Notes under the pieces: generated by a model
Told to the model about the DNA's origin: nothing
Database searches by the model: none
Seen by the model: only the letters and a program-made list of their open reading frames with translations
Assembly: GCF_000734015.1 (NCBI RefSeq)
Contig: NZ_CP008796.1
Location: 720,001 to 752,000, forward strand
Reading direction: 5' to 3'
DNA length: 32,000 nucleotides
Source: Thermodesulfobacterium commune DSM 2178
GTDB lineage: Bacteria > Desulfobacterota > Thermodesulfobacteria > Thermodesulfobacteriales > Thermodesulfobacteriaceae
Part shown: positions 8,181 to 16,299 of the stretch, in pieces
Position numbering within the stretch: position 1 is the stretch's first letter
Layout: each line of letters opens with the position of its first letter
Program-made: the position numbers and the translations under genes

Positions 8181-9022
8181 CAGGCATTATCCCTGATGAA
8201 ACACTCCCTTTGGTTTATGGAGTTCCTGTTTTAAATGATAATCGACTTATCATAGACCGATGGCAAATTCCTATAGAACGTGGAACTGCTGCCCTCATCG
8301 CCTCTGCCATAAAAACCTTGGAGGTTTTTGAAAAGTCCAATCCAATAGTTTTTCTGGTTGGAGATATAGGTAAAGGTAAGGGAAGTAAGATTCTATATCA
8401 GTTTTTAGCAGAAAAAATTTCTCAAACTTCCTTTCAGGTATTTACCTTTCATTATATCCTTCCTGAAGTAGACGGCTGTTTAAAAGTAATCTTCTCGATA
8501 GAAAAACTTTCTAAAAAACCCTTTTTAATAGCTGACGCAGGTTTTATGTATGCGGTAAAAATGGCAGGATATGCTAACTTTTTTGACCTTTTTACTCCAG
8601 ACTTAGGTGAATTAGCCTTTTTAGCTGATGAAAAAGCCCCTCATCCTTTTTATACCCGAGGTTTTCTTCTCTCAAACGAAAAGGACATAGAAAGCTTGAT
8701 AAAACGGGCATATCAACATCAAAATGCCCCTAATTATCTTTTGGTCAAAGGTGAAAAGGATTGGGTAGTCTGCAATCAAGAAATTTTAGCAACTGTAGAT
8801 GAACCTTTACTTCCAGAGCTTGAAGCTATAGGTGGTACAGGAGATACTCTCACAGGTATAGTTTCTGCTTTGATTTATGCAGGATATCCACCAGAAAAGG
8901 CATGTATTTTAGCGGCTAAAGCTAACAGGTTGGCTGGTGCCTTAGCTTCTCCTACCCCAGCTACTCAGATTTCAACCATCATCGATTTTATACCCAAGGC
9001 CTTAAAAAAACTGACTGGTTAA
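8168..9022 (+). CDS. YjeF_C / ribokinase-like fold protein (NAD(P)H-hydrate dehydratase-like kinase-fold enzyme), function unknown
   Basis: The C-terminal anion-hole/nucleotide motif AIGGTGDTLTGIVSAL resembles GxGDxLxG of YjeF_C. The preceding LLVKGEKDWV block is typical of the fold. The gene overlaps the upstream gene by 13 nt. Confidence 0.5.
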   Translation: MFGIAGIIPDETLPLVYGVPVLNDNRLIIDRWQIPIERGTAALIASAIKTLEVFEKSNPIVFLVGDIGKGKGSKILYQFLAEKISQTSFQVFTFHYILPEVDGCLKVIFSIEKLSKKPFLIADAGFMYAVKMAGYANFFDLFTPDLGELAFLADEKAPHPFYTRGFLLSNEKDIESLIKRAYQHQNAPNYLLVKGEKDWVVCNQEILATVDEPLLPELEAIGGTGDTLTGIVSALIYAGYPPEKACILAAKANRLAGALASPTPATQISTIIDFIPKALKKLTG

Positions 9023-9397
9023 TTATTCCACAGGAATAATCGTTATTTTTTTAGAATTTTTAAGTTCTTTTAACTTTTTTGGATCTTCTAAAAGCCTTCC
9101 TACAAGGTTTACTTCACTGGCAGGTACAGGCTCATCGTCAACAGAAATAGGGGTTGGTCCAAAAAAGATAGCTAAAGCTTTTCCTGGGGGCCAATAACCT
9201 ATGTCTCCTGATTTTACCTTTAAGGTAGCTGTTTCGTCCAAAGGATGGTCTAAAGGTATAGAAAAGTAAAATTCATCACCTCAGGTGTTTAAGTAGGATT
9301 CTATGGGTAAAATTTTGTAGACTTCTTGACCGCAGGGAGTATCAAACAATTCTGCCAAAACTTCTTCTTTTCCGTCAAAGATCAACTTAACCTTCAT
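9023..9397 (-). pseudogene. Cyclophilin-like (TM1367-type, Cyclophil_like) protein gene interrupted by an in-frame TGA at codon 39 (9281-9283)
   Basis: From ATG 9395-9397 (RBS GAGGT upstream) the frame reads MKVKLIFDGKEEVLAELFDTPCGQEVYKILPIESYLNT-TGA-GDEFYFSIPLDHPLDETATLKVKSGDIGYWPPGKALAIFFGPTP.... The track ORF (9023..9241) is only the part downstream of the TGA, started at a TTG. The stop falls where the family has a conserved Trp (..W-G-[DE]-E-x-Y-F). Confidence 0.7.
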
Positions 9398-9653
9398 CTT
9401 ACCTCATCTCCCCGTTTAATATTAATTAAATTTTAATGTAAACCTATCTTTTTTAAAAAACAAGAATTTAAAACCGGTGGTCTTTTTAATCTCATAAAGC
9501 TTATAAACGTGCACTACAGGTAGCTATACAATCGTTTGTGAATAAGATTTGTTATGTAAACCTTATTTTAAATCTTTCCTTATTTTGTTTTTATGAATAA
9601 AATTTATAAAAGAAACTAAAAGACAGATAAATATAATCAGGAGGTAAACAAAG

Positions 9654-10811
9654 ATGAAATTCAAAGGTTATGTTAGACCTAATGGAGAAGTAGGAGTAAG
9701 AAATCATCTTTTGATAATTCCTACCGTAGTCTGTGCAAGTACTGTGGCAGAGAGGATAGCTTCTTGTGTAGAAGGAGCGATATCACTTGCCAATCAACAT
9801 GGATGTTGTCAAATTGGAGCCGATCTTGTCTTGACTGAAAACGTCCTGATAGGATTAGGAAAAAATCCTAATGTAGGAGCAGTACTTGTAGTGTCATTAG
9901 AATGTGGAGGGGTTTCGGCTGAAAGAGTGGTTGATGAAATCGCAAAGACAGGGAAACCTGTTGAGTACGTAGGGATACAGAAAAGTGGGGGAAGTTTAAA
10001 GGCTATAGAAAAAGGAACAAGGCTGGCAAGTAAAATGGCTCAAGATCTTGCTAAACTCGATAGAGAAGAAGTTGATATCTCAAATTTAATCTTATCTGTC
10101 GAATGTGGAGGTTCTGACACAACCTCAGGACTTGCTTCTAATCCTGTGGCTGGTTATGTAATGGACAAGATTATTGACCTTGGGGGGACAGGTATATTTT
10201 CTGAAACTGCCGAAGTGATCGGTGCAGAACATATCCTTGCAAAAAGAGCAGTAAGTAAAGAAATAGGAGAAAGGTTAATTTCGGTAGTTAGAAGAACAGA
10301 AGAGAAAGCTAAAACAATGGGGGTAGATATGCGTGGGGGTCAACCTACTCCAGGCAACATCGAAGGAGGTATTAGCACGATCGAAGAAAAGTCTTTAGGT
10401 GCTATTTACAAAGGAGGAACCAAACCTTTGCAGGGAGTATTAGAGTATGGTGAAAAACCACAAGGTAAAGGATTGTACTTTATGGATACTCCTGGGCAAG
10501 ACATTGAGTCCATAACTGGAATGACAGCAGGCGGTTCGCAAGTTGTTATCTTTACTACCGGTCGTGGTACTCCCACTGGTTCTCCAATAGCACCGGTTAT
10601 CAAGATTACTGGAAATCCTGAAACTTACAGAAATATGGAGGACAATATAGATTTCAATTGTGGCACTATAATCGAAGGTACAGAAACAATAGAAGAAGCC
10701 GGAGAAAGACTGTTTAAACTTTTGATAGAAGTTATTAACGGATCATTAACAAAAGCTGAGGCTTTAAAACATAGAGAATTTGGCATGTTTAAATTAATTT
10801 CTACTTTTTAA
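9654..10811 (+). CDS. UxaA-family dehydratase/hydrolyase, large (catalytic C-terminal-domain) subunit
   Basis: Family blocks are present: MKFKGYVRPNGEVGVRNHLLIIPTVVCAS, LECGG, VECGGSDTTSG, YFMDTPGQD and VIFTTGRGTPTGSPIAPVIKITGN. An AGGAGG RBS is present. Confidence 0.85.
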   Translation: MKFKGYVRPNGEVGVRNHLLIIPTVVCASTVAERIASCVEGAISLANQHGCCQIGADLVLTENVLIGLGKNPNVGAVLVVSLECGGVSAERVVDEIAKTGKPVEYVGIQKSGGSLKAIEKGTRLASKMAQDLAKLDREEVDISNLILSVECGGSDTTSGLASNPVAGYVMDKIIDLGGTGIFSETAEVIGAEHILAKRAVSKEIGERLISVVRRTEEKAKTMGVDMRGGQPTPGNIEGGISTIEEKSLGAIYKGGTKPLQGVLEYGEKPQGKGLYFMDTPGQDIESITGMTAGGSQVVIFTTGRGTPTGSPIAPVIKITGNPETYRNMEDNIDFNCGTIIEGTETIEEAGERLFKLLIEVINGSLTKAEALKHREFGMFKLISTF

Positions 10812-10905
10812 AAAAAATATAAAATGACAAGGGTTTCCATTTTTACACCTATTTCAAAAAGTTTTAAGTGGTTTAATGAGAATATTTCTTAAGGAGGTAC
10901 CAAGT

Positions 10906-11211
10906 ATGACTGAAAAAAGAAAATTTGCAGTCGTTATTAATAAAAATGACAACGTTGCCACAGCAGTCAAAGATCTATCAGTAGGAGAAGAAGTGTATAT
11001 AACTATAGATGGGCAAGAGGTAAAGATCACGCTGTTGTCAGATATTAAATTTGGCCACAAATTTGCGATAGTTGATATAAAAAAAGGAGAAAACGTCATC
11101 AAATATGGAGAAGTTATCGGTAGAGCAACCTCTGACATTAAAAAGGGAGAACATGTACACGTTCATAATATTGAGAGTTTGAGAGGGCGTGGCGATTGGA
11201 AGGTAAGCTAA
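10906..11211 (+). CDS. UxaA-family small subunit (SAF domain)
   Basis: It carries the SAF-domain pattern of UxaA/SuyA N-terminal parts (KNDNVATAVKDLSVGEEV, GHKFAIVDIKKGENVIKYGEVIGRATSDIKKGEHVHVHN). ATG 10906 follows AAGGAGG (10891-10897), so the track start 10876 is probably too early. Confidence 0.8.
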   Translation: MTEKRKFAVVINKNDNVATAVKDLSVGEEVYITIDGQEVKITLLSDIKFGHKFAIVDIKKGENVIKYGEVIGRATSDIKKGEHVHVHNIESLRGRGDWKVS

Positions 11212-11301
11212 AAATATAATTCTAATCTAAAACTTAAGGGAAGACTGATATAATTAAGATTTAAAGTTGAAAGTTTTGTAACGATGATTATATTTTAAAA
11301 C

Positions 11302-11526
11302 ATGCCTGAGATGTCAGGTTTTGGAAAATTTTTAGTATTATTAGGAATTTGCTTGATATTACTGGGAATTTTTATCTCTATACTTCCCAAGATACCTTAT
11401 ATAGGAAAACTTCCCGGCGATATTTATATCAAAAAAGATAACTTTACTTTCTATTTTCCCTTAGCAACTTGTATTTTAATAAGCATTTTACTTACCATTA
11501 TTCTTAACCTGCTTTTTCGTAAATAA
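11302..11526 (+). CDS. DUF2905-family small membrane protein
   Basis: The 74-aa product has two hydrophobic helices and the signature GKLPGDIYIKKDNFTFYFPLATCILISILLT. Confidence 0.7.
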   Translation: MPEMSGFGKFLVLLGICLILLGIFISILPKIPYIGKLPGDIYIKKDNFTFYFPLATCILISILLTIILNLLFRK

Positions 11527-11530
11527 GCTT

Positions 11531-12610
11531 TTAAATCTCTACTGGTTCACCCCCTATTTCTTGGATAAGTCTTTCAATTTCTTCTTTAGAAAGATGTACC
11601 ACGGTATCCTTTCTCATAGATTGGCTTATTTTTTCCTCTATCACCGTTCCGTGAAAATGGTCTGCTCCCCATAACAGGGCTATCTGAGCTAATTTTACCC
11701 CCAGAAAAACCCAATAAGCCTTGATATGAGGAAAGTTAGACAAAATAATCCTTGAAATAGCGATAGTTTTTAAAATCTTTAAAGCAGAAGGCCCGGGTAG
11801 ATAGGAAAGTTCATTGCCTTCCGGTATAAAGGCCAAAGGGATAAAACAATAAAACCCTTTGGTTTCTTCTTGGGCTTCTCTGAGGGTTAATAGATGGTTT
11901 ATTATCTCTTCGTCTGTTTCTAAATGTCCAAAAAGAAGGGTAGCATTAGTAGGTATTCCTAATCTATGGGCTGTCTTAGCTATCTCAAGCCATCTCTGAT
12001 AACCAATCTTTTTAGGATAGAGCTCCTTATGAAGTCTTTCTGAAAAAACCTCCGCCCCTCCTCCTGGAAGAGAATTTAACCCTGCTTGTTTTAGCTCGGT
12101 TAAAACCTCTTCTACCGGTTTTTTAGAAATTTTCGATAACCAGTCTATTTCTACACAGGTAAAAGCTCTAATTCTTAAAGAAGGAAAATTTTCCCTTACC
12201 TTACGTATCAGTTCTACATAGTACTCATAAGGCAACTCTGGGTTTACCCCTCCTACTATATGAACTTCTTTTAATTCTGGTGTTGATTTTAACGTTTCTA
12301 TAATCTCTTCTACTTGATAGGTATAACCTCCTTTTTCACCAGGCTTTTTGTGATATCCGCAAAACTTACAATTAGTAGTACAAACATTAGTATAGTTAAT
12401 ATGTCTGTTTATCGTATAATAATAACGTTTTTGATGCAAATTTTCTTTTACGACATTAGCCAGGGTGCCCAGAAAATAAAAATCTCCTTCTTGATACAAC
12501 CTTAAAGCCTCTTCGAAGTTTAAAGTTTTTCCAGAAAGTATTTTTTCTGTTATTTCTCTGTAAAAACGGTTTTTCTCTGCATACTTTTCTAACACCAGAG
12601 AGCTTTCCAC
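11531..12610 (-). CDS. Radical SAM enzyme of the MqnE/MqnC/CofH family (futalosine-pathway menaquinone biosynthesis type)
   Basis: INYTNVCTTNCKFCGYH is the CxxxCxxC radical SAM cluster motif. The family also shows GGVNPELPYEYY, SLPGGGAEVFSE, NATLLFGHLETDEEIINHL and TKGFYCFIPLAF. MqnC and MqnE cannot be told apart by eye. Confidence 0.8.
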   Translation of the reverse strand: MESSLVLEKYAEKNRFYREITEKILSGKTLNFEEALRLYQEGDFYFLGTLANVVKENLHQKRYYYTINRHINYTNVCTTNCKFCGYHKKPGEKGGYTYQVEEIIETLKSTPELKEVHIVGGVNPELPYEYYVELIRKVRENFPSLRIRAFTCVEIDWLSKISKKPVEEVLTELKQAGLNSLPGGGAEVFSERLHKELYPKKIGYQRWLEIAKTAHRLGIPTNATLLFGHLETDEEIINHLLTLREAQEETKGFYCFIPLAFIPEGNELSYLPGPSALKILKTIAISRIILSNFPHIKAYWVFLGVKLAQIALLWGADHFHGTVIEEKISQSMRKDTVVHLSKEEIERLIQEIGGEPVEI

Positions 12611-12637
12611 CTTATCCCTCCTTTTTTAATAATTACA

Positions 12638-15631
12638 CTATATTAAATAACGATAATTTTTGCAAAGGGGTAAATACTCACAGTACTTACAGAAGTCTTC
12701 TTTTTCAGTAAAATAAAATTTTTCTGAGAATAACATATGATTAACTATCCATTCTAAAAAACTTTTGGCTTCTTTTTCAAAAAACTGATTTACCGCAGCG
12801 TATTCTTTCTTTTTAAGATTAAAAAGAAAATCTTCAGGTTCCTTAAAGTTAGAAGGTCTAATAAACCCTGCGTTTATGATATAATTATCTACCTTTGAAG
12901 AGATAAATTTCTGTTTATTTTTATAGAAGAGATAGCAATAAAAAAACAACTGAAAGTTTGCAAGGCTGTCTCCAAAGTTTTCAAGTATTGAACATAAACT
13001 TTCTAAGTCATATTTATCTGGCAGAGAATATTTATTTATAAACTCTTTCATTTTTTTAGGTTGAGGAGATATAGAAGGATTGCTTTTAAAATCCATAATT
13101 AAATATTTTCTCACCTCTTCTTCCCTTTCTATCAAAAAATCAAAAATGCCATAAAATGTAATATTTAAAGTCCTACCATCACAAAGCACTATATCTTCTT
13201 TAGTCTCAAGATCTTTTTCTAAACCAAGAAGTTTATGCGCTTTTATCTTTTTTTCTTCTTCTTTTTTCCTTAAAAATTCAAAATATTTTAAAATACTTGC
13301 CAAAGTTATAGTTTTTGAAAGGTAATGACTTAAAGGATCAAATTTTTTTTCAAACTCAAAATTTTTCCATAGAATATCAAATTTATTTTTAATCCTATTT
13401 TCATCATAAATTTCTAAGATCAAAAACCTTTTTCCTTCATAAGGCCTAAAAAATTCTTCAAAAAAACTGTGAATAAATTTTCCTGGATCTTCTACCTTAA
13501 AACCCAACCTCTCAGGTTCTCTAAGTTTCATTATATACTTAAAGAAAAATTTAGCCCCACACTTAAGATAGGTTTCGAAATAATAACGACTAACCCTTTC
13601 TCTGGATAAGTGGTTAAACAAACTCTCTTTTATTTTTTCAGTTTTAGGTATCCCTTCTTCTCTTTTTGAAAAAACACAAAAGTTAGGTTGGATGAGCTCT
13701 TCTTCGGGTTCCTTTCCTTGTTGCTCTAACTCCCATTTTAACCTATGTATAAACCTCGAAGGTTCTTTAACTTCCTGGGTAGTCGACTTCTCAACAAGCA
13801 GATAAAATAGGTGTACTTCTTCTGCAGAGTTTACAAGTCTATCAAAATAATAGCTCCAAAGTTCATTGTGATTAAAAATAGGTATTTTTAACCAAGATTT
13901 AATCTCGTCGGTAAGCAACGGGTTAAACTTTTGAGAAGGAGGAAAACTTCCTTCGTTTATATCTAAAAGGATAAGCTTTTTAAACGAAAGAAGTCTTGTT
14001 TCCATAAGACCAAGGATCTGTAATCCCCTAAGAGGGTCTCCAGACAAAGGAACTTTTTGGGTTTTCAAAAGATACTCTAACAAGGTTAAGAGATTTTCCT
14101 TATTGTTTATAAAGGGAGGAAGGTAATCTTTGGTAAAAAAGGGAAGAACCTCTGTTTCTATTACCTCAAGATAGTTATGTAAGACTATATCTTGAAAAGA
14201 ACTTTGAGACTTTAAATTAAAATCCTTGAGGTTTAAAAACTCTAAAATTTTTTCCAAGTTTTTACCTATATCCTTTGGAGATCTTATGGTTTCCCAGTTT
14301 TTAAAGAAAACCTGATGAACCTCCTTGATAATTTTTCCTATAATATCCTGGGTGTATTTACCTTGATGATAAACCCCAAATTCTTTTTCTATTTCTCCTA
14401 AATCTATGGTCACATAGCCCTTATTTCTAATGAAATCTTCTATAGGCTTAAAAAATTCCTCTCCAAAAGTATTGTCTGAAAAAGCACGATTAAGCATAGG
14501 ATGTTTTATCACTTTTAAATAAGACTGGGTAGAATAAAGTCCCTGAATTTTATCTCTTTGAGCTTTTATAACCGCTGTGAGAAGAGAATTTAGAGGAAAA
14601 CTATCGAGGGGATAAAAAAGAGAAATATTCACCTCAAGGGGAATATCTTTTTGTTCCAGTTTATAAATTAAAGGTATTAACGTATTCGGGTCAGAAAGCA
14701 CGATCGCTATCTCGTCTGGCCTTTGAGGATTTTCCCTTATCAAGTCTAATGCCTTCGTTATTTCCAAATGTAAGTCAGTAGAGCGATAAATTTTTATAGA
14801 AGGAGTTTTTACCTCTTTTGCATAATATTTTTTAGGTAAAACTCTATAATCCTGGTTCATCCCAAAGAGTTGTAACGTGTTTTTCACCACGTTTGGCAAA
14901 ACGGTAGGGTCTTCTTTGGGAACTTCGAATACTAAAAAGGCTTTTTCAAAATTTTTTAAAAAAACTTTAAATAATTTTTCTTCTATCTTTCGTAAACCAG
15001 CGAAACCTACCAGCCAAACCTCTTCTATCATAGAACCTAAAAAAGTTTTTTTCAAATCAATCTTTTCTAAAGTCTCTACTACCCTCTTTAACCTAAAAGT
15101 AGGGCTAACCCAACCCTTTTGGTTTAAAACTTTATTGTATTCAAGATAAATTTTCTTTAGCTTTTCGAAAATATCTTTAGCGATAGGAGGTAAGTTTTCA
15201 GGTGGATATACCAAATTTTGAGGCTCTGTATCCTCCTTTTCCAACTCTTCAAAAACCTCAAGAAATTTTATGCCCCAAAAAAAGTTTTTTTCAAAACTCT
15301 CGCTTACATTTTCTGATAAAACTTGAGGAAAAACCTCTAAAAGGGGTAAAAGCCTTAAAATCTTTGTGCCTGTTGGACAAGGGTGGTCTTCCAGCATGAC
15401 ATAAAGATAATCTACCAAGGTTTCTAAAGAAAAAATACGAGGGAAAAAACCAGCTTTGTTCTTCCCTCCTTTTTCTTTTAAGTAGTGTTTAAAAAAAAGG
15501 GCAGAACGTTTATTAGGAAAAACTATCCAGGTTTTTAAAATACTTTCGTCTAAAGACCTTCCATCCAGAAAAAAGTTAACTAAGGTTTTCAAAAAGTGAG
15601 AGTTGGCAGGAATTAGTATAGCTTGAGGCAT
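12638..15631 (-). CDS. AddB-like PD-(D/E)XK nuclease family protein with a C-terminal Fe-S (Cas4/AddB-type) nuclease domain and no visible Walker A motif
   Basis: The C-terminal domain carries VSRYYFETYLKCGAKFFFKY (first cluster Cys), GIFDFLIE...YLIMDFKS (D...D-x-K nuclease core), QLFFYCYLF (QxxxY) and the terminal FCKYCEYLPLC (CxxCx5C). The N-terminal roughly 650 aa is helicase-scaffold-sized, but no GxxxxGK[ST] was seen. Confidence 0.7.
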   Translation of the reverse strand: MPQAILIPANSHFLKTLVNFFLDGRSLDESILKTWIVFPNKRSALFFKHYLKEKGGKNKAGFFPRIFSLETLVDYLYVMLEDHPCPTGTKILRLLPLLEVFPQVLSENVSESFEKNFFWGIKFLEVFEELEKEDTEPQNLVYPPENLPPIAKDIFEKLKKIYLEYNKVLNQKGWVSPTFRLKRVVETLEKIDLKKTFLGSMIEEVWLVGFAGLRKIEEKLFKVFLKNFEKAFLVFEVPKEDPTVLPNVVKNTLQLFGMNQDYRVLPKKYYAKEVKTPSIKIYRSTDLHLEITKALDLIRENPQRPDEIAIVLSDPNTLIPLIYKLEQKDIPLEVNISLFYPLDSFPLNSLLTAVIKAQRDKIQGLYSTQSYLKVIKHPMLNRAFSDNTFGEEFFKPIEDFIRNKGYVTIDLGEIEKEFGVYHQGKYTQDIIGKIIKEVHQVFFKNWETIRSPKDIGKNLEKILEFLNLKDFNLKSQSSFQDIVLHNYLEVIETEVLPFFTKDYLPPFINNKENLLTLLEYLLKTQKVPLSGDPLRGLQILGLMETRLLSFKKLILLDINEGSFPPSQKFNPLLTDEIKSWLKIPIFNHNELWSYYFDRLVNSAEEVHLFYLLVEKSTTQEVKEPSRFIHRLKWELEQQGKEPEEELIQPNFCVFSKREEGIPKTEKIKESLFNHLSRERVSRYYFETYLKCGAKFFFKYIMKLREPERLGFKVEDPGKFIHSFFEEFFRPYEGKRFLILEIYDENRIKNKFDILWKNFEFEKKFDPLSHYLSKTITLASILKYFEFLRKKEEEKKIKAHKLLGLEKDLETKEDIVLCDGRTLNITFYGIFDFLIEREEEVRKYLIMDFKSNPSISPQPKKMKEFINKYSLPDKYDLESLCSILENFGDSLANFQLFFYCYLFYKNKQKFISSKVDNYIINAGFIRPSNFKEPEDFLFNLKKKEYAAVNQFFEKEAKSFLEWIVNHMLFSEKFYFTEKEDFCKYCEYLPLCKNYRYLI

Positions 15632-16244
15632 CTTTTTTGGTTATTTCAATTATGTTAAAAGGCTCTAACACTATGAGGTATGCTGATATATTAACATCAG
15701 GATAAAGTTTTTGCAACAAAGAAACATAGCCCTTAAGTTGGTCTTCATCTCTAAGATCAGAAGCCTGATGAAGTTTAAACTCAAAAATTATCCAACCCGA
15801 AAGAGACTTAATTATTAAATCTGGCCTTACCATCTTGGCATCTTCTGTTTTTTCATCAAACAAAAAACCTTCTACTTCAGAATATATGTTTTTAGCCTGC
15901 TTTAAAACCTTGCAAATCAGTTTTTTAAATTCAATTTCTTCAAAAAGTTTAAGTAAGGTCTCTTTTGCGTTCTTTTCTATCTCTTCTTTCCCAAAAATAG
16001 GTTCTTGATACAGAGCTAAAGCTTTTTTTAGATAAAAGGAAATTTTTTGAGTAAAAAACTCTTTATCGTGAAAAAGTGTTTTGATATCTTTTTCACAAAC
16101 CAATAAACTTTCTAAAGTAAAGTGTAAAATTTCTCCTATGAAACGGTTGATGGTTTCCTGGTTAAGCTGTCTTTTTGAGAGATTATTTTGCTTTAAGATT
16201 AACCCCATGTTTTTAAATTTTACCTCAAAAGAAGGTCTTGTCAA
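15576..16244 (-). CDS. Stand-alone RecB/AddA-type PD-(D/E)XK nuclease-domain protein
   Basis: GEILHFTLESL is G-x-x-x-H-x-x-L-E-like, VRPDLIIKSLSGWIIFEFKL is the D...E-x-K core, and QLKGYVSLL is QxxxY. The track start is TTG 16244. ATG 16208 (MGLILKQ..., GAGGT upstream) is a more conventional start. The 3' end overlaps the AddB-like start by 56 nt. Confidence 0.55.
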   Translation of the reverse strand: MTRPSFEVKFKNMGLILKQNNLSKRQLNQETINRFIGEILHFTLESLLVCEKDIKTLFHDKEFFTQKISFYLKKALALYQEPIFGKEEIEKNAKETLLKLFEEIEFKKLICKVLKQAKNIYSEVEGFLFDEKTEDAKMVRPDLIIKSLSGWIIFEFKLHQASDLRDEDQLKGYVSLLQKLYPDVNISAYLIVLEPFNIIEITKKDASSYTNSCQLSLFENLS

Positions 16245-16299
16245 AAAAACGAAAAGGTATATTCTAAATTTGAGTTAAAATTAGACAGGAGGCCTAACC

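Noticed and set aside
9277-9287. CACC-UGA-GGUG mini-hairpin around the in-frame TGA of the cyclophilin-like gene, considered as a possible recoding signal
   Set aside because: It has only 4 bp and places the stop codon in a 3-nt loop. It does not resemble a bacterial SECIS, which is a longer hairpin starting about 10 nt 3' of the UGA, and no such hairpin is visible downstream.
10876-10905. N-terminal extension (MRIFLKEVPS) of the SAF-subunit ORF
   Set aside because: The extension itself encodes the AAGGAGG Shine-Dalgarno for ATG 10906, so the shorter start is far more plausible.
16209-16244. TTG start with 12 extra N-terminal codons for the 222-aa nuclease-domain ORF
   Set aside because: No RBS precedes the TTG. 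ATG 16208 has a GAGGT upstream. I kept the full span in the feature but regard the extension as doubtful.
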